A stretch of DNA of 64,000 bases from Candidatus Falkowbacteria bacterium (GTDB lineage: Bacteria > Patescibacteriota > Patescibacteriia > UBA11705): positions 235,097 to 299,096 of the forward strand of contig DOZJ01000002.1 in assembly GCA_003518055.1 (NCBI GenBank), written 5' to 3'. The notes below the pieces were generated by a model. It had not been told where the DNA came from and did not search any database. It was given only the letters and a program-made list of their open reading frames with translations. Made by a program: the position numbers and the translations under genes. This document shows positions 28,682 through 38,065 of the stretch, in pieces; positions within the stretch are counted from its first letter, which is position 1, and each line of letters opens with the position of its first letter.

Positions 28682-29464
28682 ATGGAGGCAAACATGCGTG
28701 CGATCCTGATGTCCGTTCTCGTTTCGTTCGTCGTCCTGACCGCCTGCAACCAGTCCGGGCCAGTGGAGTCGAACCAGCCCGGCACCAACAGCGACCAGCC
28801 GGCAGTCGACGACTCCGTCGTCGAGCCGGCCGAGGCGGTCGAGCCGTACATCGTGAGCGTCTGCTACGACACCCTCGACGTCCGCGCGCACCTCATCAAG
28901 GCCGAGCTGCGGTACCGCTACGACGACATGACCTACGAGACGGTCGTGTCGAGCGAGACGTCCGGCAACTGCGTCATCTTCGACGTGGACATGGCCCGGG
29001 TCGCCGAGGGCTTCCAGTTCACGCCTCACCCCTTCGACCTCATGCCCGATGGCACGGTCTTCGATCACGACTGGTACGAGGAAAAGCCGACGGCTTTTCT
29101 CGGCCGACGTGAACTGACGGTCGACCCCGTCATCGGTCAGGATCTTGTCCCCGGCGACTCGTGGTTTTTCGGTCAGATGAGCTGCGACAAGGAGATGCTC
29201 TTCACTCATCGCGGCTCCTGCTGGCAGTTCGGCGGCCATGGCTATCTGGAACTCATCGACTGTGTGTGCGGCGAGATCAATGATGTGCCGGTGGTCAAGT
29301 GCCGATTCATCAGCCGAGAGCGCGACGACGAGACCATGGTCGAGGAGTACGACCTTGAATTCGCCTCACACGGATGCATGATCCACGAGTGCGATGGTGT
29401 CCAGTGCTCAAACCGCCAGTACACCTGCGTGCAGGGAGAGTGCGACTACTCTCAGCCCCTCTAA
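28682..29464 (+). CDS. Predicted lipoprotein, Cys-rich C-terminus, GC-rich
   Basis: SD GGAGG. Lipobox VVLTAC. The C-terminal half is Cys-rich (CDKEMLFTHRGSCWQ ... CVCGE ... HGCMIHECDGVQCSNRQYTCVQGEC). The local GC content makes the overlapping ORFs 28645-29112 and 28652-29239 artefacts. Confidence 0.55.
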   Translation: MEANMRAILMSVLVSFVVLTACNQSGPVESNQPGTNSDQPAVDDSVVEPAEAVEPYIVSVCYDTLDVRAHLIKAELRYRYDDMTYETVVSSETSGNCVIFDVDMARVAEGFQFTPHPFDLMPDGTVFDHDWYEEKPTAFLGRRELTVDPVIGQDLVPGDSWFFGQMSCDKEMLFTHRGSCWQFGGHGYLELIDCVCGEINDVPVVKCRFISRERDDETMVEEYDLEFASHGCMIHECDGVQCSNRQYTCVQGECDYSQPL

Positions 29465-29686
29465 CCCCCTGTTCATTCCTACCGACTTCGGATAAATTCC
29501 CAAATTTTCACATTGAGACGTGTAAATCGCGTCTCTTTATTTTTGATTTAAAAACATCACAATTCATGGTGTTGTTTTTTTTACCAAGATCAGACGCCGT
29601 ATATTATTAGTAATTGATCCGCCCGATTAAATATGATTTTGAAAAATAAATTCTCAAGTATGACTTGAGATTTAATATTATTATCC

Positions 29687-30034
29687 TTATTTTACCGCCA
29701 GAGCCGCAACCTTGGCCAGCATCTCACCGCAGTTAAATGGTTTAACCACCACCAGACTGGCCTTCGAGTGTTTGATATTATCATTCCCGGTTATCAGCAC
29801 CGCGATCAGGTCAGGAAAATGGTCTTCCACATAATCAAGCAGCTCCATTCCATCCATGCCCGGCATGGACAAGTCAGTAATGAGAATTGTAACTGGATTA
29901 TCTTTAGAATTATTAAGCAGTTTGATCGCTTCCTGACCGTCAGCCACGGCAGTAAAATCATAGCCGCCTCGCGCCGCGTACCGACACATTAACTCACGGA
30001 TCGGCTCTTCATCATCAACGAATAACATTCTCAT
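29687..30034 (-). CDS. Single-domain response regulator (CheY-like receiver)
   Basis: Receiver motifs: DD at positions 7-8, phospho-acceptor ILITDLSMPGMDG, and a conserved T/K region (LITGN ... KPF). Confidence 0.8.
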   Translation of the reverse strand: MRMLFVDDEEPIRELMCRYAARGGYDFTAVADGQEAIKLLNNSKDNPVTILITDLSMPGMDGMELLDYVEDHFPDLIAVLITGNDNIKHSKASLVVVKPFNCGEMLAKVAALAVK

Positions 30035-30093
30035 CGAAGTTCCCTCCTCTAGTTGTTCCGTAAAAATTAGTTATTTAAAAAGACTCCGATATT

Positions 30094-30477
30094 TCAGAGC
30101 CTTAGGCTGTTCAATTTCTGCCGTTTATTTTCATTGATGAACAACGCACAGGCTTCTCTCACCGCTCGATCATAGGCCTCGCGATCTTCGCCGAGGTGAA
30201 AGTGGCCGAAATGAATCAGATGATCCGCTGAAATTGTGGCGGGGAGAAATCCCTTTCTGCCTTGATAATCCATTCCATGACTAATCGTCGCTGTGACACT
30301 GCTGGTGACCAGAATTCTGTCTTCAGCATGCTGCTCAATGTCTTGGTCAGTCCTTGGTTCCGGGCAGGGTTCGAACTGCTGGTTGTTGTGGCGCCATGCC
30401 GTGCTCCCCATCATGACCCCTCCACGGTGGTGGTAAATGGAATTTATAATTATAGAGAAATAGTTATTTTTTGTCAA
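30094..30477 (-). CDS. Hypothetical protein, His-rich, upstream of the response regulator
   Basis: Likely start MMGSTAWRH at about 30430. Contains HLIHFGHFHLGED. No secure family assignment. Confidence 0.35.
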   Translation of the reverse strand: MTKNNYFSIIINSIYHHRGGVMMGSTAWRHNNQQFEPCPEPRTDQDIEQHAEDRILVTSSVTATISHGMDYQGRKGFLPATISADHLIHFGHFHLGEDREAYDRAVREACALFINENKRQKLNSLRL

Positions 30478-30675
30478 GTTTATTTGTGCGGGGAAGTGTT
30501 TTGCCAGATATCAACTGTGAGTGGTTTATTGGTGGCTAACGCTGGTTTTATGCTATAATTTAACCAGAAATAATGTAAATTATATTACTAATTTACTAAT
30601 ACTACAAAAATTACAGAAACTACACTTGATGTTTTTGTAACTATTTGTAATGTTTTGTAATTTTGTAACACCAAT

Positions 30676-31671
30676 ATGAAAAAAATCGCCATCAACGGCT
30701 TCGGCCGTATCGGCCGCGCCGCGCTCAAAGTCGCCCTTAGCCAGCCCAAAAAGTATCAAGTCGTGGCTGTGAACGACCTTGCGTCGCTCGAAAATTTAGC
30801 CTACCTTTTGCGCTATGATTCTGCCTATGGACCGTATGATAAAAAAGTGGAAGTGGACAAAGACAAATTGATTGTCGGCGGCCGCAAAATAAATTTTTAT
30901 TCCATCATGGAGCCGGAAAAACTGCCATGGAAAAAATTAAAAGTGGATGTGGTCCTTGAATGTACCGGAGTTTTTACTAAAAAAGAAGACGCTTCCAAGC
31001 ATTTAATTGCCGGCGCCAAACAAGTTATCATTTCCGCGCCGACCAAAAGCGAGGGCGTCATGACCGTGGTCAAAGGGGTAAATCATAATGAAGCCAAGGG
31101 CCAAAAGATTATTGCTAACGCGTCCTGTACCACCAACTGCACCGGCCCGGTGATTGCTGTTTTACATAGTGTTTTCGGTGTGGAAAAAGCATTGTTAACC
31201 ACGGTCCACGCCACCACGGCCACCGAGCATACCGTTGATTCTCCTGATCACAAAGATCTCCGCCGCGGCCGGTCAGCGCTGAATAACATTATCCCGACAA
31301 CAACCGGCGCCGCCATTGCCACCACCATTACGCTGCCCAGCTTGAAAGATAAATTTGACGGTGTTTCAGTCCGCGTGCCGATTATTACCGGCTCTTTGAT
31401 TGATGTGGTCGCGCTGCTGAAAAAAAATACCACCGCCGAGGAGATAAATCGCGCGTTCAGAAAATACAGCAAACTACCACGATTCAAAAACATTTTACAG
31501 GTGTCTGACGCGCCGCTCGTTTCTTCAGATATAATCGGCTCAACCGCGTCTGCCATTGTCGATTTGGAATTTACTCGCGTCGTTGACGGTAATCTCGTGA
31601 AAATTCTCGCCTGGTATGATAATGAATGGGGTTATGCTAATCGTTTGGTGGAAATGGTGTCGGAAATTTAA
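30676..31671 (+). CDS. gap: Glyceraldehyde-3-phosphate dehydrogenase
   Basis: NGFGRIGR NAD-binding motif, active site ASCTTNC and a WYDNEWGY C-terminal motif. Confidence 0.95.
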   Translation: MKKIAINGFGRIGRAALKVALSQPKKYQVVAVNDLASLENLAYLLRYDSAYGPYDKKVEVDKDKLIVGGRKINFYSIMEPEKLPWKKLKVDVVLECTGVFTKKEDASKHLIAGAKQVIISAPTKSEGVMTVVKGVNHNEAKGQKIIANASCTTNCTGPVIAVLHSVFGVEKALLTTVHATTATEHTVDSPDHKDLRRGRSALNNIIPTTTGAAIATTITLPSLKDKFDGVSVRVPIITGSLIDVVALLKKNTTAEEINRAFRKYSKLPRFKNILQVSDAPLVSSDIIGSTASAIVDLEFTRVVDGNLVKILAWYDNEWGYANRLVEMVSEI

Positions 31672-31674
31672 GCT

Positions 31675-34600
31675 TTGCTTATGGCCTATGAAGTCTCGGC
31701 TGTTTCAACGCTGGGAAATAATCACGAACACCGAGAAAATTCAACTGAAAAAATAACCAAGCCCGAGGCCGGTCTCGAGCGTGATATTTTGGCACTCAAC
31801 CAAAAAGTAGAAGCTGAGTTTCGTCGAGTCAAGCAAGCTTTGGATCGAGTTGTGGCCGGATCTTTGGTCGAGATAGCTCCCAGTCAGCCGCGAGCTGATG
31901 TTGTTTTTGATTCAATCAGGCAGGATCTGGAATCAATGAAACAATCAATGACCGATATCACCGCCATGAAATCACCGGATGTTTTGGCCGCTCAGTTGAC
32001 GGAGATCAATCAGAAGCTGGCGGAGTACAGTGGGTGGCAGGAACAGCAAGCTGAAGCTGCCGCAGCCTTGTCGTGGGAGTTGGAAAACCAACAAACAAAA
32101 ATTGCCGACCTTGAAGTAGCGTTGGAATCGGAGCGACAAAGAAATTTTTTTGTTAGACCGTTTAGAGAAAAAAACCGTCAGCGACTGGCTGCTGCTATCG
32201 ATGAGGCGAACAAAGTCAAAACCGCGTTATACGCCCGGCGTCAGGAAATCAAGCATCAAATTCATCAGCTGCAAGATTCATTGTATGAATTAGACAATCT
32301 TCGCCGTGATTTTGCGCCTCAGACATTAAAACTGAGTTTGGAGCAAGTAAAACAAAATTATTTGGAGCTGCAGTCCAAGCTGACGTCATCGGAAGCCAAA
32401 CAACAGATGAACCAATACTTAATTGAGAATGAAGTCCGGCCTGATCTCGATCGGGCTGTAGCTGATGGCGAAATTACCGAGGCCGCGGCATCAGAGTTTA
32501 TTCAACTTCTTTCCGCTGAGGTTGTTCAGGGGTTCACCAATTTGGTTTTTGGGATGTCACGTGAAGTCGGAGATGAAATTCAGCACCGTAATGAGCGGTT
32601 TCGCCGGCTGGAACAAAAAAAACCGACCTATATTTTTGAAACCTTACGGGCCAAAATCAGCGACCAATCAAGAGGGGTGGCTCCCGACGCTTATTTTAAT
32701 CCGATTATCGCTTATTTTTTGCGTAATTTATATCGCCGGCACACGTCGGAGCTCAGCTCCTCCGCCGCGGTTTTGAGCCAGACCGGTTGGATTACTTATG
32801 ATCATATTGTTGACGATGCAGACCGTGGTTTTGATTTTGAATTAGATAATCAGTCGGTTTTGCCGGCCGCGCGAAGTTTGGTCCAATCGGAGGGGCTTAT
32901 ACGGCTTAGATCGGTCGGACGCTTTTTGATCGATTCCGGTGTATTAACGCCGGCAGAATTCGAGGCGGAGCGCCAAAAAATGTATCGCGAGATTCTGGAT
33001 CACAATTTATCACCGGAGCCGAGCGATGATAAGTACGATGAAATTAATCGCGGAGCCAAAAAATTAGAAGAACTCAGTGATGTTCGACTGGTGCCCGAGC
33101 TGCTCACAAAAATTCAAGATCAAGCATATGATTCCAAAGACCCGATTCACGATCATTGCTTGGGCAAGTTGACTGATCTTTTTTCCTCCCTGCTTGGATC
33201 AGCCAAACCGGAAGAGGTATCAGCTGTTATGCAGAAATTGGAACCCCAGCAGAGAGAACTGATCTCGCTGATCATGGATAAAACGTCTTTTGCTCATACT
33301 TTTGGTAAAATCAGGAACGTTGTCAGGCATGGCGGCGAAGTTCTAGCCAAGGAAAAGCGTTTCCGGTCTTTGAAAGAACTTGGTTGGGAAACGCCGGATT
33401 TATTTGCTTTGTATGAAATGCGGTTGGCGCGTGGGCGCGATCTGAATTTACTGGTTAAAAGCGCGAATGATCTCGGTGAAAATCCCAAAGAAGTTATTAC
33501 TGCTCAGCTGGGAACAATCAAACGGAAATGGTTCAACCTGTCCGATGTTGATCGCCGCCAAGCAGTTGAGCTGCTGGCTCCGATCTTGGGGGAGAAACCA
33601 AAAGATTTATTTTTGACTTTTGTTCATGATCGGTTCAAACCGGCGGAGAGTCCGACCGACAAAGATCCTCTCGTCGCTTATTTGGCGACTATGCATGAGT
33701 ATGATGAATTGTTGGCGGTGATTGAGCTTTTTGATCAGGACAAAGAGAATTTTATTCTGCGGAATTTGTCCGTAATCGTTGAGCGAATGGTCTTGACCCA
33801 CGTGCGGCCGGAAACCCAAAAACGCGCCATTATCCGAATCGGGCAGGATCTCGGGTGGTCTGAAGCCCAAGCGATTGCCATCTGTTTGCCCCAGATTCTC
33901 CAATCTCAGTTGAAGTTTGAACGCAACACGGTCAAATCAAAGGGGGTTCAGGAATATCTGAAATTTTTTATCGCCGGTCAAGATTATGGCGAGCTGGTCG
34001 CCAAATTACTTGGCTTTCATCTGCAGGTTGAGGCGGAAAATTTAGATCGCGCCACTCGGATGGCCGCCGCTGTCGACACACCGGAGATGGTTGAGGCGAA
34101 AATAAAACAGGCCTCCGGTTTGGCCATGTTGGCTATCGACGGCGCTGAGCAATTTACCGGCCGGCTGGTGGCTGAGTATCGCGGCGGCCGTGAAGATGAT
34201 GAAGTTGTCTCGCGGTTAATGTCCCTCTATTCTTTTCTCCGTGATTTTGAAAGCCGGCAGAATCATCATGAATATACCACCAAACTGGAAGCTATCGTTG
34301 TCGGCGGCAAGATCAGCGGACTTCAATCAATGTATGAATCGGTCAGCGCGAATTTTCAACAGATGGTGAATGAAGCACCGCGGCTTTTCGCTGACGTGGC
34401 TGATCGGGAAATGTGGATTGAATTGGTTGGTCCCGACCGCATCAAGGAATTTCTTGATCGGCTGCCCAAGTCGTCGGATGAAAAACGCAACGCCCTTACT
34501 CACAATCAATATGATCGCACCTCAATTTTCCTGTCTTCCCTGATGAGCAATCTTAAATTTTCTCCTTTATTTGAAGGTGAAAGTGAAGTGGTTCTCGATC

Positions 34601-36150
34601 AGGACGATTTCTCCGTTATTTCCAGTTTTGTGGAAAAATTTGGGCTGTCCAATACCCCATTGTTATTTCGTTATTTTCGTAATTTGGTCCGACTAGAAAA
34701 ATCAGGCACGCCGCTGCCAGCGGAGCAGGTGGCCGAGGGCATAATTTCGCTGGAAGTCTTAGATCAGAAAATGAGAAAAATTAAATCGTCTTTGTTATCG
34801 TCCAAGCCGATTATGGACATTGATATAAATCAAATGACCGCAGTCGAATTGGAAATGTTCAGCTTCCTCACCGGCAAAAGCCGTCACCGCTTTGATAGTG
34901 GTCGGCCGAGCTTGGAGCAGATTATCCGTGATTGGCAGTCAAATCGTGAGGCCGGTTCGGTAGCTGAAAAGCCGGATGCTTACGGTGAATTTACGGAAAC
35001 CATTCCGCGAGTAAAAATTATATTTGATAAAGAAAAAGTGCGCTCCAGTTTTGAGATTATTCAACAAGATATTTTGGCAGCTATGAAAGATTCGGCTGAT
35101 ATATCATCGGTCACTCCGCGCGCTCAAGCGGTTCTCAATCAAAAAATCAGCGATCTGCGGGAGATTTTGGCGCGAAAACCGGATAACAAATTCATTGCCC
35201 AGCAGCTCAGCCACTATGAAATGATGGCCGGTCGAGTCAACTCGGCGGCGGATATTGATAGCTTAATCGAAGTTTTGGTTTTGGCTGAACGCGGCTTTGC
35301 TGCCAAAAGTGAACTCAGTTCGATTATCAGAGAACTTTTATTCCGAAAATTATTTACGGTTAATTTCTCCGGTGATGCCATCCGCCAGATGGCCGCGACT
35401 GTTGATGGCGATGTGACCGGAGTGGGTATTCTAAATGTAATTAATTTGGTTGACCGATTTGTCAAAGACCATGTATTGAATTTAGCTAAACATAACGAAG
35501 AAAATTATTGGAGTGCCGGTGCTTGGCGGGCAATCAATGACGCCAAAGACAATTCCAAACAGGTTGATGTTACAAAAATTTTCAAAACCGAACTGGACGT
35601 GCTCCGTGCCGAGGTCGGCAACTTTATTTTGGAGGATTCTGATAAGCCGGTTGAGGTCAAGATGATTCCGGATCGAGGTTTGGTGGGGGAGATGTCCGGT
35701 TATTTGGCTGATGTATGTTACACCAAGGAATACCCGCTGCTCACCGCCTATCCGAATATGGTGCCATATAAATTTGTGGCTGAAGACAAAGCATCAAAAG
35801 AGAGAAGTTTGGTTGGTTCAGTTTTGGTTTTTGAGTTGACGGCCAAGGATGGTGATAAGGTAATGCTGGTCCGCGGATTTGATGTTCCGAATGAAAGTGA
35901 TTTTGATATCGGAACGTTTATTGAAAAATTCTTAGATAATTTGGAACCGGTCGCCAGACAGCGCGGTATTAACAAAATTTTGGTTCCGGGCAGCAGCGGC
36001 GCCATCTCGAATTATGGGATGACCCTATCATACATTCAATCAAAATTTATCAATGACAAAAGTCCGGTTTCGCTCGATGGGTTTTTTAATTTTAATGGCT
36101 ATAACCTGACTGATAATTGCTATCTGGCGCGGACAATTGAGATTAAATAA
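31675..36150 (+). CDS. Giant protein A (1491 aa) of a three-member paralogous family, with a shared C-terminal domain
   Basis: No signal peptide. The N-terminal third is coiled-coil rich. The C-terminal about 230 aa align with giant B (IPDRGLVGEMSGYLADVCYT / GSVLVFE / ...RTIEIK versus IPDRGFAGELSGYYGEACYT / GSVLFIE / ...RTIK). The likely ATG is at 31681. Confidence 0.7.
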   Translation: MLMAYEVSAVSTLGNNHEHRENSTEKITKPEAGLERDILALNQKVEAEFRRVKQALDRVVAGSLVEIAPSQPRADVVFDSIRQDLESMKQSMTDITAMKSPDVLAAQLTEINQKLAEYSGWQEQQAEAAAALSWELENQQTKIADLEVALESERQRNFFVRPFREKNRQRLAAAIDEANKVKTALYARRQEIKHQIHQLQDSLYELDNLRRDFAPQTLKLSLEQVKQNYLELQSKLTSSEAKQQMNQYLIENEVRPDLDRAVADGEITEAAASEFIQLLSAEVVQGFTNLVFGMSREVGDEIQHRNERFRRLEQKKPTYIFETLRAKISDQSRGVAPDAYFNPIIAYFLRNLYRRHTSELSSSAAVLSQTGWITYDHIVDDADRGFDFELDNQSVLPAARSLVQSEGLIRLRSVGRFLIDSGVLTPAEFEAERQKMYREILDHNLSPEPSDDKYDEINRGAKKLEELSDVRLVPELLTKIQDQAYDSKDPIHDHCLGKLTDLFSSLLGSAKPEEVSAVMQKLEPQQRELISLIMDKTSFAHTFGKIRNVVRHGGEVLAKEKRFRSLKELGWETPDLFALYEMRLARGRDLNLLVKSANDLGENPKEVITAQLGTIKRKWFNLSDVDRRQAVELLAPILGEKPKDLFLTFVHDRFKPAESPTDKDPLVAYLATMHEYDELLAVIELFDQDKENFILRNLSVIVERMVLTHVRPETQKRAIIRIGQDLGWSEAQAIAICLPQILQSQLKFERNTVKSKGVQEYLKFFIAGQDYGELVAKLLGFHLQVEAENLDRATRMAAAVDTPEMVEAKIKQASGLAMLAIDGAEQFTGRLVAEYRGGREDDEVVSRLMSLYSFLRDFESRQNHHEYTTKLEAIVVGGKISGLQSMYESVSANFQQMVNEAPRLFADVADREMWIELVGPDRIKEFLDRLPKSSDEKRNALTHNQYDRTSIFLSSLMSNLKFSPLFEGESEVVLDQDDFSVISSFVEKFGLSNTPLLFRYFRNLVRLEKSGTPLPAEQVAEGIISLEVLDQKMRKIKSSLLSSKPIMDIDINQMTAVELEMFSFLTGKSRHRFDSGRPSLEQIIRDWQSNREAGSVAEKPDAYGEFTETIPRVKIIFDKEKVRSSFEIIQQDILAAMKDSADISSVTPRAQAVLNQKISDLREILARKPDNKFIAQQLSHYEMMAGRVNSAADIDSLIEVLVLAERGFAAKSELSSIIRELLFRKLFTVNFSGDAIRQMAATVDGDVTGVGILNVINLVDRFVKDHVLNLAKHNEENYWSAGAWRAINDAKDNSKQVDVTKIFKTELDVLRAEVGNFILEDSDKPVEVKMIPDRGLVGEMSGYLADVCYTKEYPLLTAYPNMVPYKFVAEDKASKERSLVGSVLVFELTAKDGDKVMLVRGFDVPNESDFDIGTFIEKFLDNLEPVARQRGINKILVPGSSGAISNYGMTLSYIQSKFINDKSPVSLDGFFNFNGYNLTDNCYLARTIEIK

Positions 36151-36153
36151 AAT

Positions 36154-36951
36154 ATGATTTTAATTTATTTGTTTATTATTTTATTCGGTTTGGCAATCGG
36201 GAGTTTTCTCAATGTGCTGATTTTCCGTTTGCCGGAGCCAGCGTCAAAGTGGATAAAATTTAAACGTTCAGTTTGTCGATTCTGCCGCAAGGTACTCACG
36301 CCACTGGAATTGATTCCGGTGTTTAGCTTCTTATCGCAGAAAGGCCGATGCCGGTCGTGCGATGAAAAGTTATCATGGCAATATCCGGCCGTGGAGCTGT
36401 CAACTGCGGTCATATTTTTGCTGCTGGCATTTATTCATCTCTCTTCTTTGTCCGATATTTCAGCCGAAAGCGTTGCCTTCCTAATCCGCGATATGTTCAT
36501 TGTATCGGTTCTGATTCTGGTTTTTGTTATCGATGTCAAGCATTTCTTGATCCTTAATAAAGTTATCTATCCGGCTTTGGTTGTGGTTGCTTTGTTCAAT
36601 ATTTATCTGTTGGATTTTAATCTAAAGAAAATACTGGGGATTGTAATCGGCGCCGTGATCGGCTTTTCCTTTTTTGCCTTCCAGTATTTTTTTTCCAAAG
36701 GCAAGTGGGTCGGCGGCGGCGATATGAAATTCGGCGCCTTGATCGGCTTGGCGCTCGGCTGGCAGGGGATGATCACCACCTTGGTTTTGGCTTACGTTGG
36801 CGGCGCCATATTCGCCGTGGCGTTGTTGATATCGGGCAAGGCCAAGTTCGGCGCCAAACTGCCAATGGCCGCGTTTCTGGCTCCGGCTGCTTTGGCGGTT
36901 TTGCTCTACGGCGAAAATATTTGGTCTTGGTACTTTAATTTATTTATTTGA
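36154..36951 (+). CDS. pilD: Prepilin peptidase (A24 family, type IV pilin leader peptidase/N-methyltransferase)
   Basis: N-terminal Cys-x-x-Cys ... Cys-x-x-Cys zinc motif (CRFCRKVL ... CRSCDEKL), multiple TM helices, and a catalytic Asp region GGGDMKFGALIG. Confidence 0.85.
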   Translation: MILIYLFIILFGLAIGSFLNVLIFRLPEPASKWIKFKRSVCRFCRKVLTPLELIPVFSFLSQKGRCRSCDEKLSWQYPAVELSTAVIFLLLAFIHLSSLSDISAESVAFLIRDMFIVSVLILVFVIDVKHFLILNKVIYPALVVVALFNIYLLDFNLKKILGIVIGAVIGFSFFAFQYFFSKGKWVGGGDMKFGALIGLALGWQGMITTLVLAYVGGAIFAVALLISGKAKFGAKLPMAAFLAPAALAVLLYGENIWSWYFNLFI

Positions 36952-36970
36952 GGCAAGCTGATATAAAGAA

Positions 36971-36998
36971 TACAGATATACGGATAATACAGATATAC
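36971..36998. repeat. Direct repeats (TACAGATATAC x2) forming the left arm of an inverted-repeat pair flanking the GxxExxY gene
   Basis: TACAGATATAC at 36971-36981 and 36988-36998. The reverse complement GTATATCTGTA lies at 37517-37527. Confidence 0.6.
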
Positions 36999-37054
36999 AG
37001 TTTAAAATGTTAATTCATCAGTAATATGTATAGTCTGGAACAGTAAATCATCAC

Positions 37055-37465
37055 ATGGATAACCAAACAATAATAAAAAAAGACAATGGGACGGCTTACA
37101 TCCAAGATCCATTATCTAAGATAGTTATTGGGATTTGTTACGAGATTTTCAATTCTATTGGTCCGGGGGTGCGCGAAAAATATTATGAAGACGCTGTAGA
37201 ACACAAATTCAAGAAACGGGGGGTGATTTATCAGAGGCAATTGAAAGTGGACATAAAACTTGACGGTGAAAAAATAGGTTTTCGTCGATTGGATTTTTTG
37301 GTGGAAAAACGTCTCGTTGTGGAATTGAAAATTGGTAATTATTTGTCTCAAGCTGAGTTCAATCAAGTAAAAGAGTATTTAAAAATAAATAATTTGAAAT
37401 TAGGTTTAATTATTCTATTTACCACTCATGGTGTTAGAGTCCGTCGGGTGGTGAATTTATCTTAG
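37055..37465 (+). CDS. GxxExxY protein (PD-(D/E)XK nuclease superfamily)
   Basis: Matches the GxxExxY family signature (GVREKYYEDAVEHKFKKRG) and the conserved later E-x-K-like region (RRLDFLVEKRLVVELK). 136 aa. Confidence 0.7.
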   Translation: MDNQTIIKKDNGTAYIQDPLSKIVIGICYEIFNSIGPGVREKYYEDAVEHKFKKRGVIYQRQLKVDIKLDGEKIGFRRLDFLVEKRLVVELKIGNYLSQAEFNQVKEYLKINNLKLGLIILFTTHGVRVRRVVNLS

Positions 37466-37516
37466 TACAGATGCAGGTAATATAGATATACCGTTTTGAA
37501 AATATTTATTTATCAG

Positions 37517-37527
37517 TATATCTGTAC
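37517..37527. repeat. Right inverted repeat (GTATATCTGTA) of the GxxExxY cassette
   Basis: Exact reverse complement of TACAGATATAC found twice on the left flank. A further direct AGATATAC lies at about 37484. Confidence 0.6.
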
Positions 37528-37548
37528 AATCTGTAACCGTAAAAGTTT

Positions 37549-38064
37549 ATGAAACTAAAATTTAAAAACAATCTGATCAATTACGGTTTTGTCACGCTAT
37601 TGATTCTAATTGTGGCGGCCATGGTGGTTGTCAATGTAAAAGATTATCAGTCGGTCCAACTGGTCAAGGCGGAAATGCAAAAGTATGGTGAGTCTCTGAC
37701 CGTAGCGCGGGTAAAAGCTTTGGCCGGAGAAAGATTCAAGGAGTTTGAGCAGATTCCATTCGCCTATGGCTTGTATTTCAACAACGATGAGCAATCTTTG
37801 GTTGTCTGCGCTGACATGAACGGCGATTTTGACTGTGTTTTGTCTGAATTCGTTCAAACTGAAAAGCTCTCAGATCAAATCAAAGTCAATGAGTTCCACA
37901 CCATCAATTTTTTGAAATACAAAACCGTTGACGGTGTGTGTCTGGACGACAACTGCGATCTTGGCGGTGAGTTATTGGTCGCCGAATTCGCGCGCAAGGA
38001 TAAACCCGAGATCATCAGCCAGATGTTTTACGACGCCGATAATAGTCGATTTGTGATCGAGTGA
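37549..38064 (+). CDS. Hypothetical membrane-anchored protein
   Basis: N-terminal TM helix (GFVTLLILIVAAMVVVNV). 171 aa. Confidence 0.45.
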   Translation: MKLKFKNNLINYGFVTLLILIVAAMVVVNVKDYQSVQLVKAEMQKYGESLTVARVKALAGERFKEFEQIPFAYGLYFNNDEQSLVVCADMNGDFDCVLSEFVQTEKLSDQIKVNEFHTINFLKYKTVDGVCLDDNCDLGGELLVAEFARKDKPEIISQMFYDADNSRFVIE

Positions 38065-38065
38065 T

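Noticed and set aside
30094-30477. Calling the His-rich protein upstream of the CheY-like receiver an Hpt phosphotransfer or HD-hydrolase protein
   Set aside because: The HxxKG Hpt motif and the HD motif are not convincingly present. The call is left as hypothetical.
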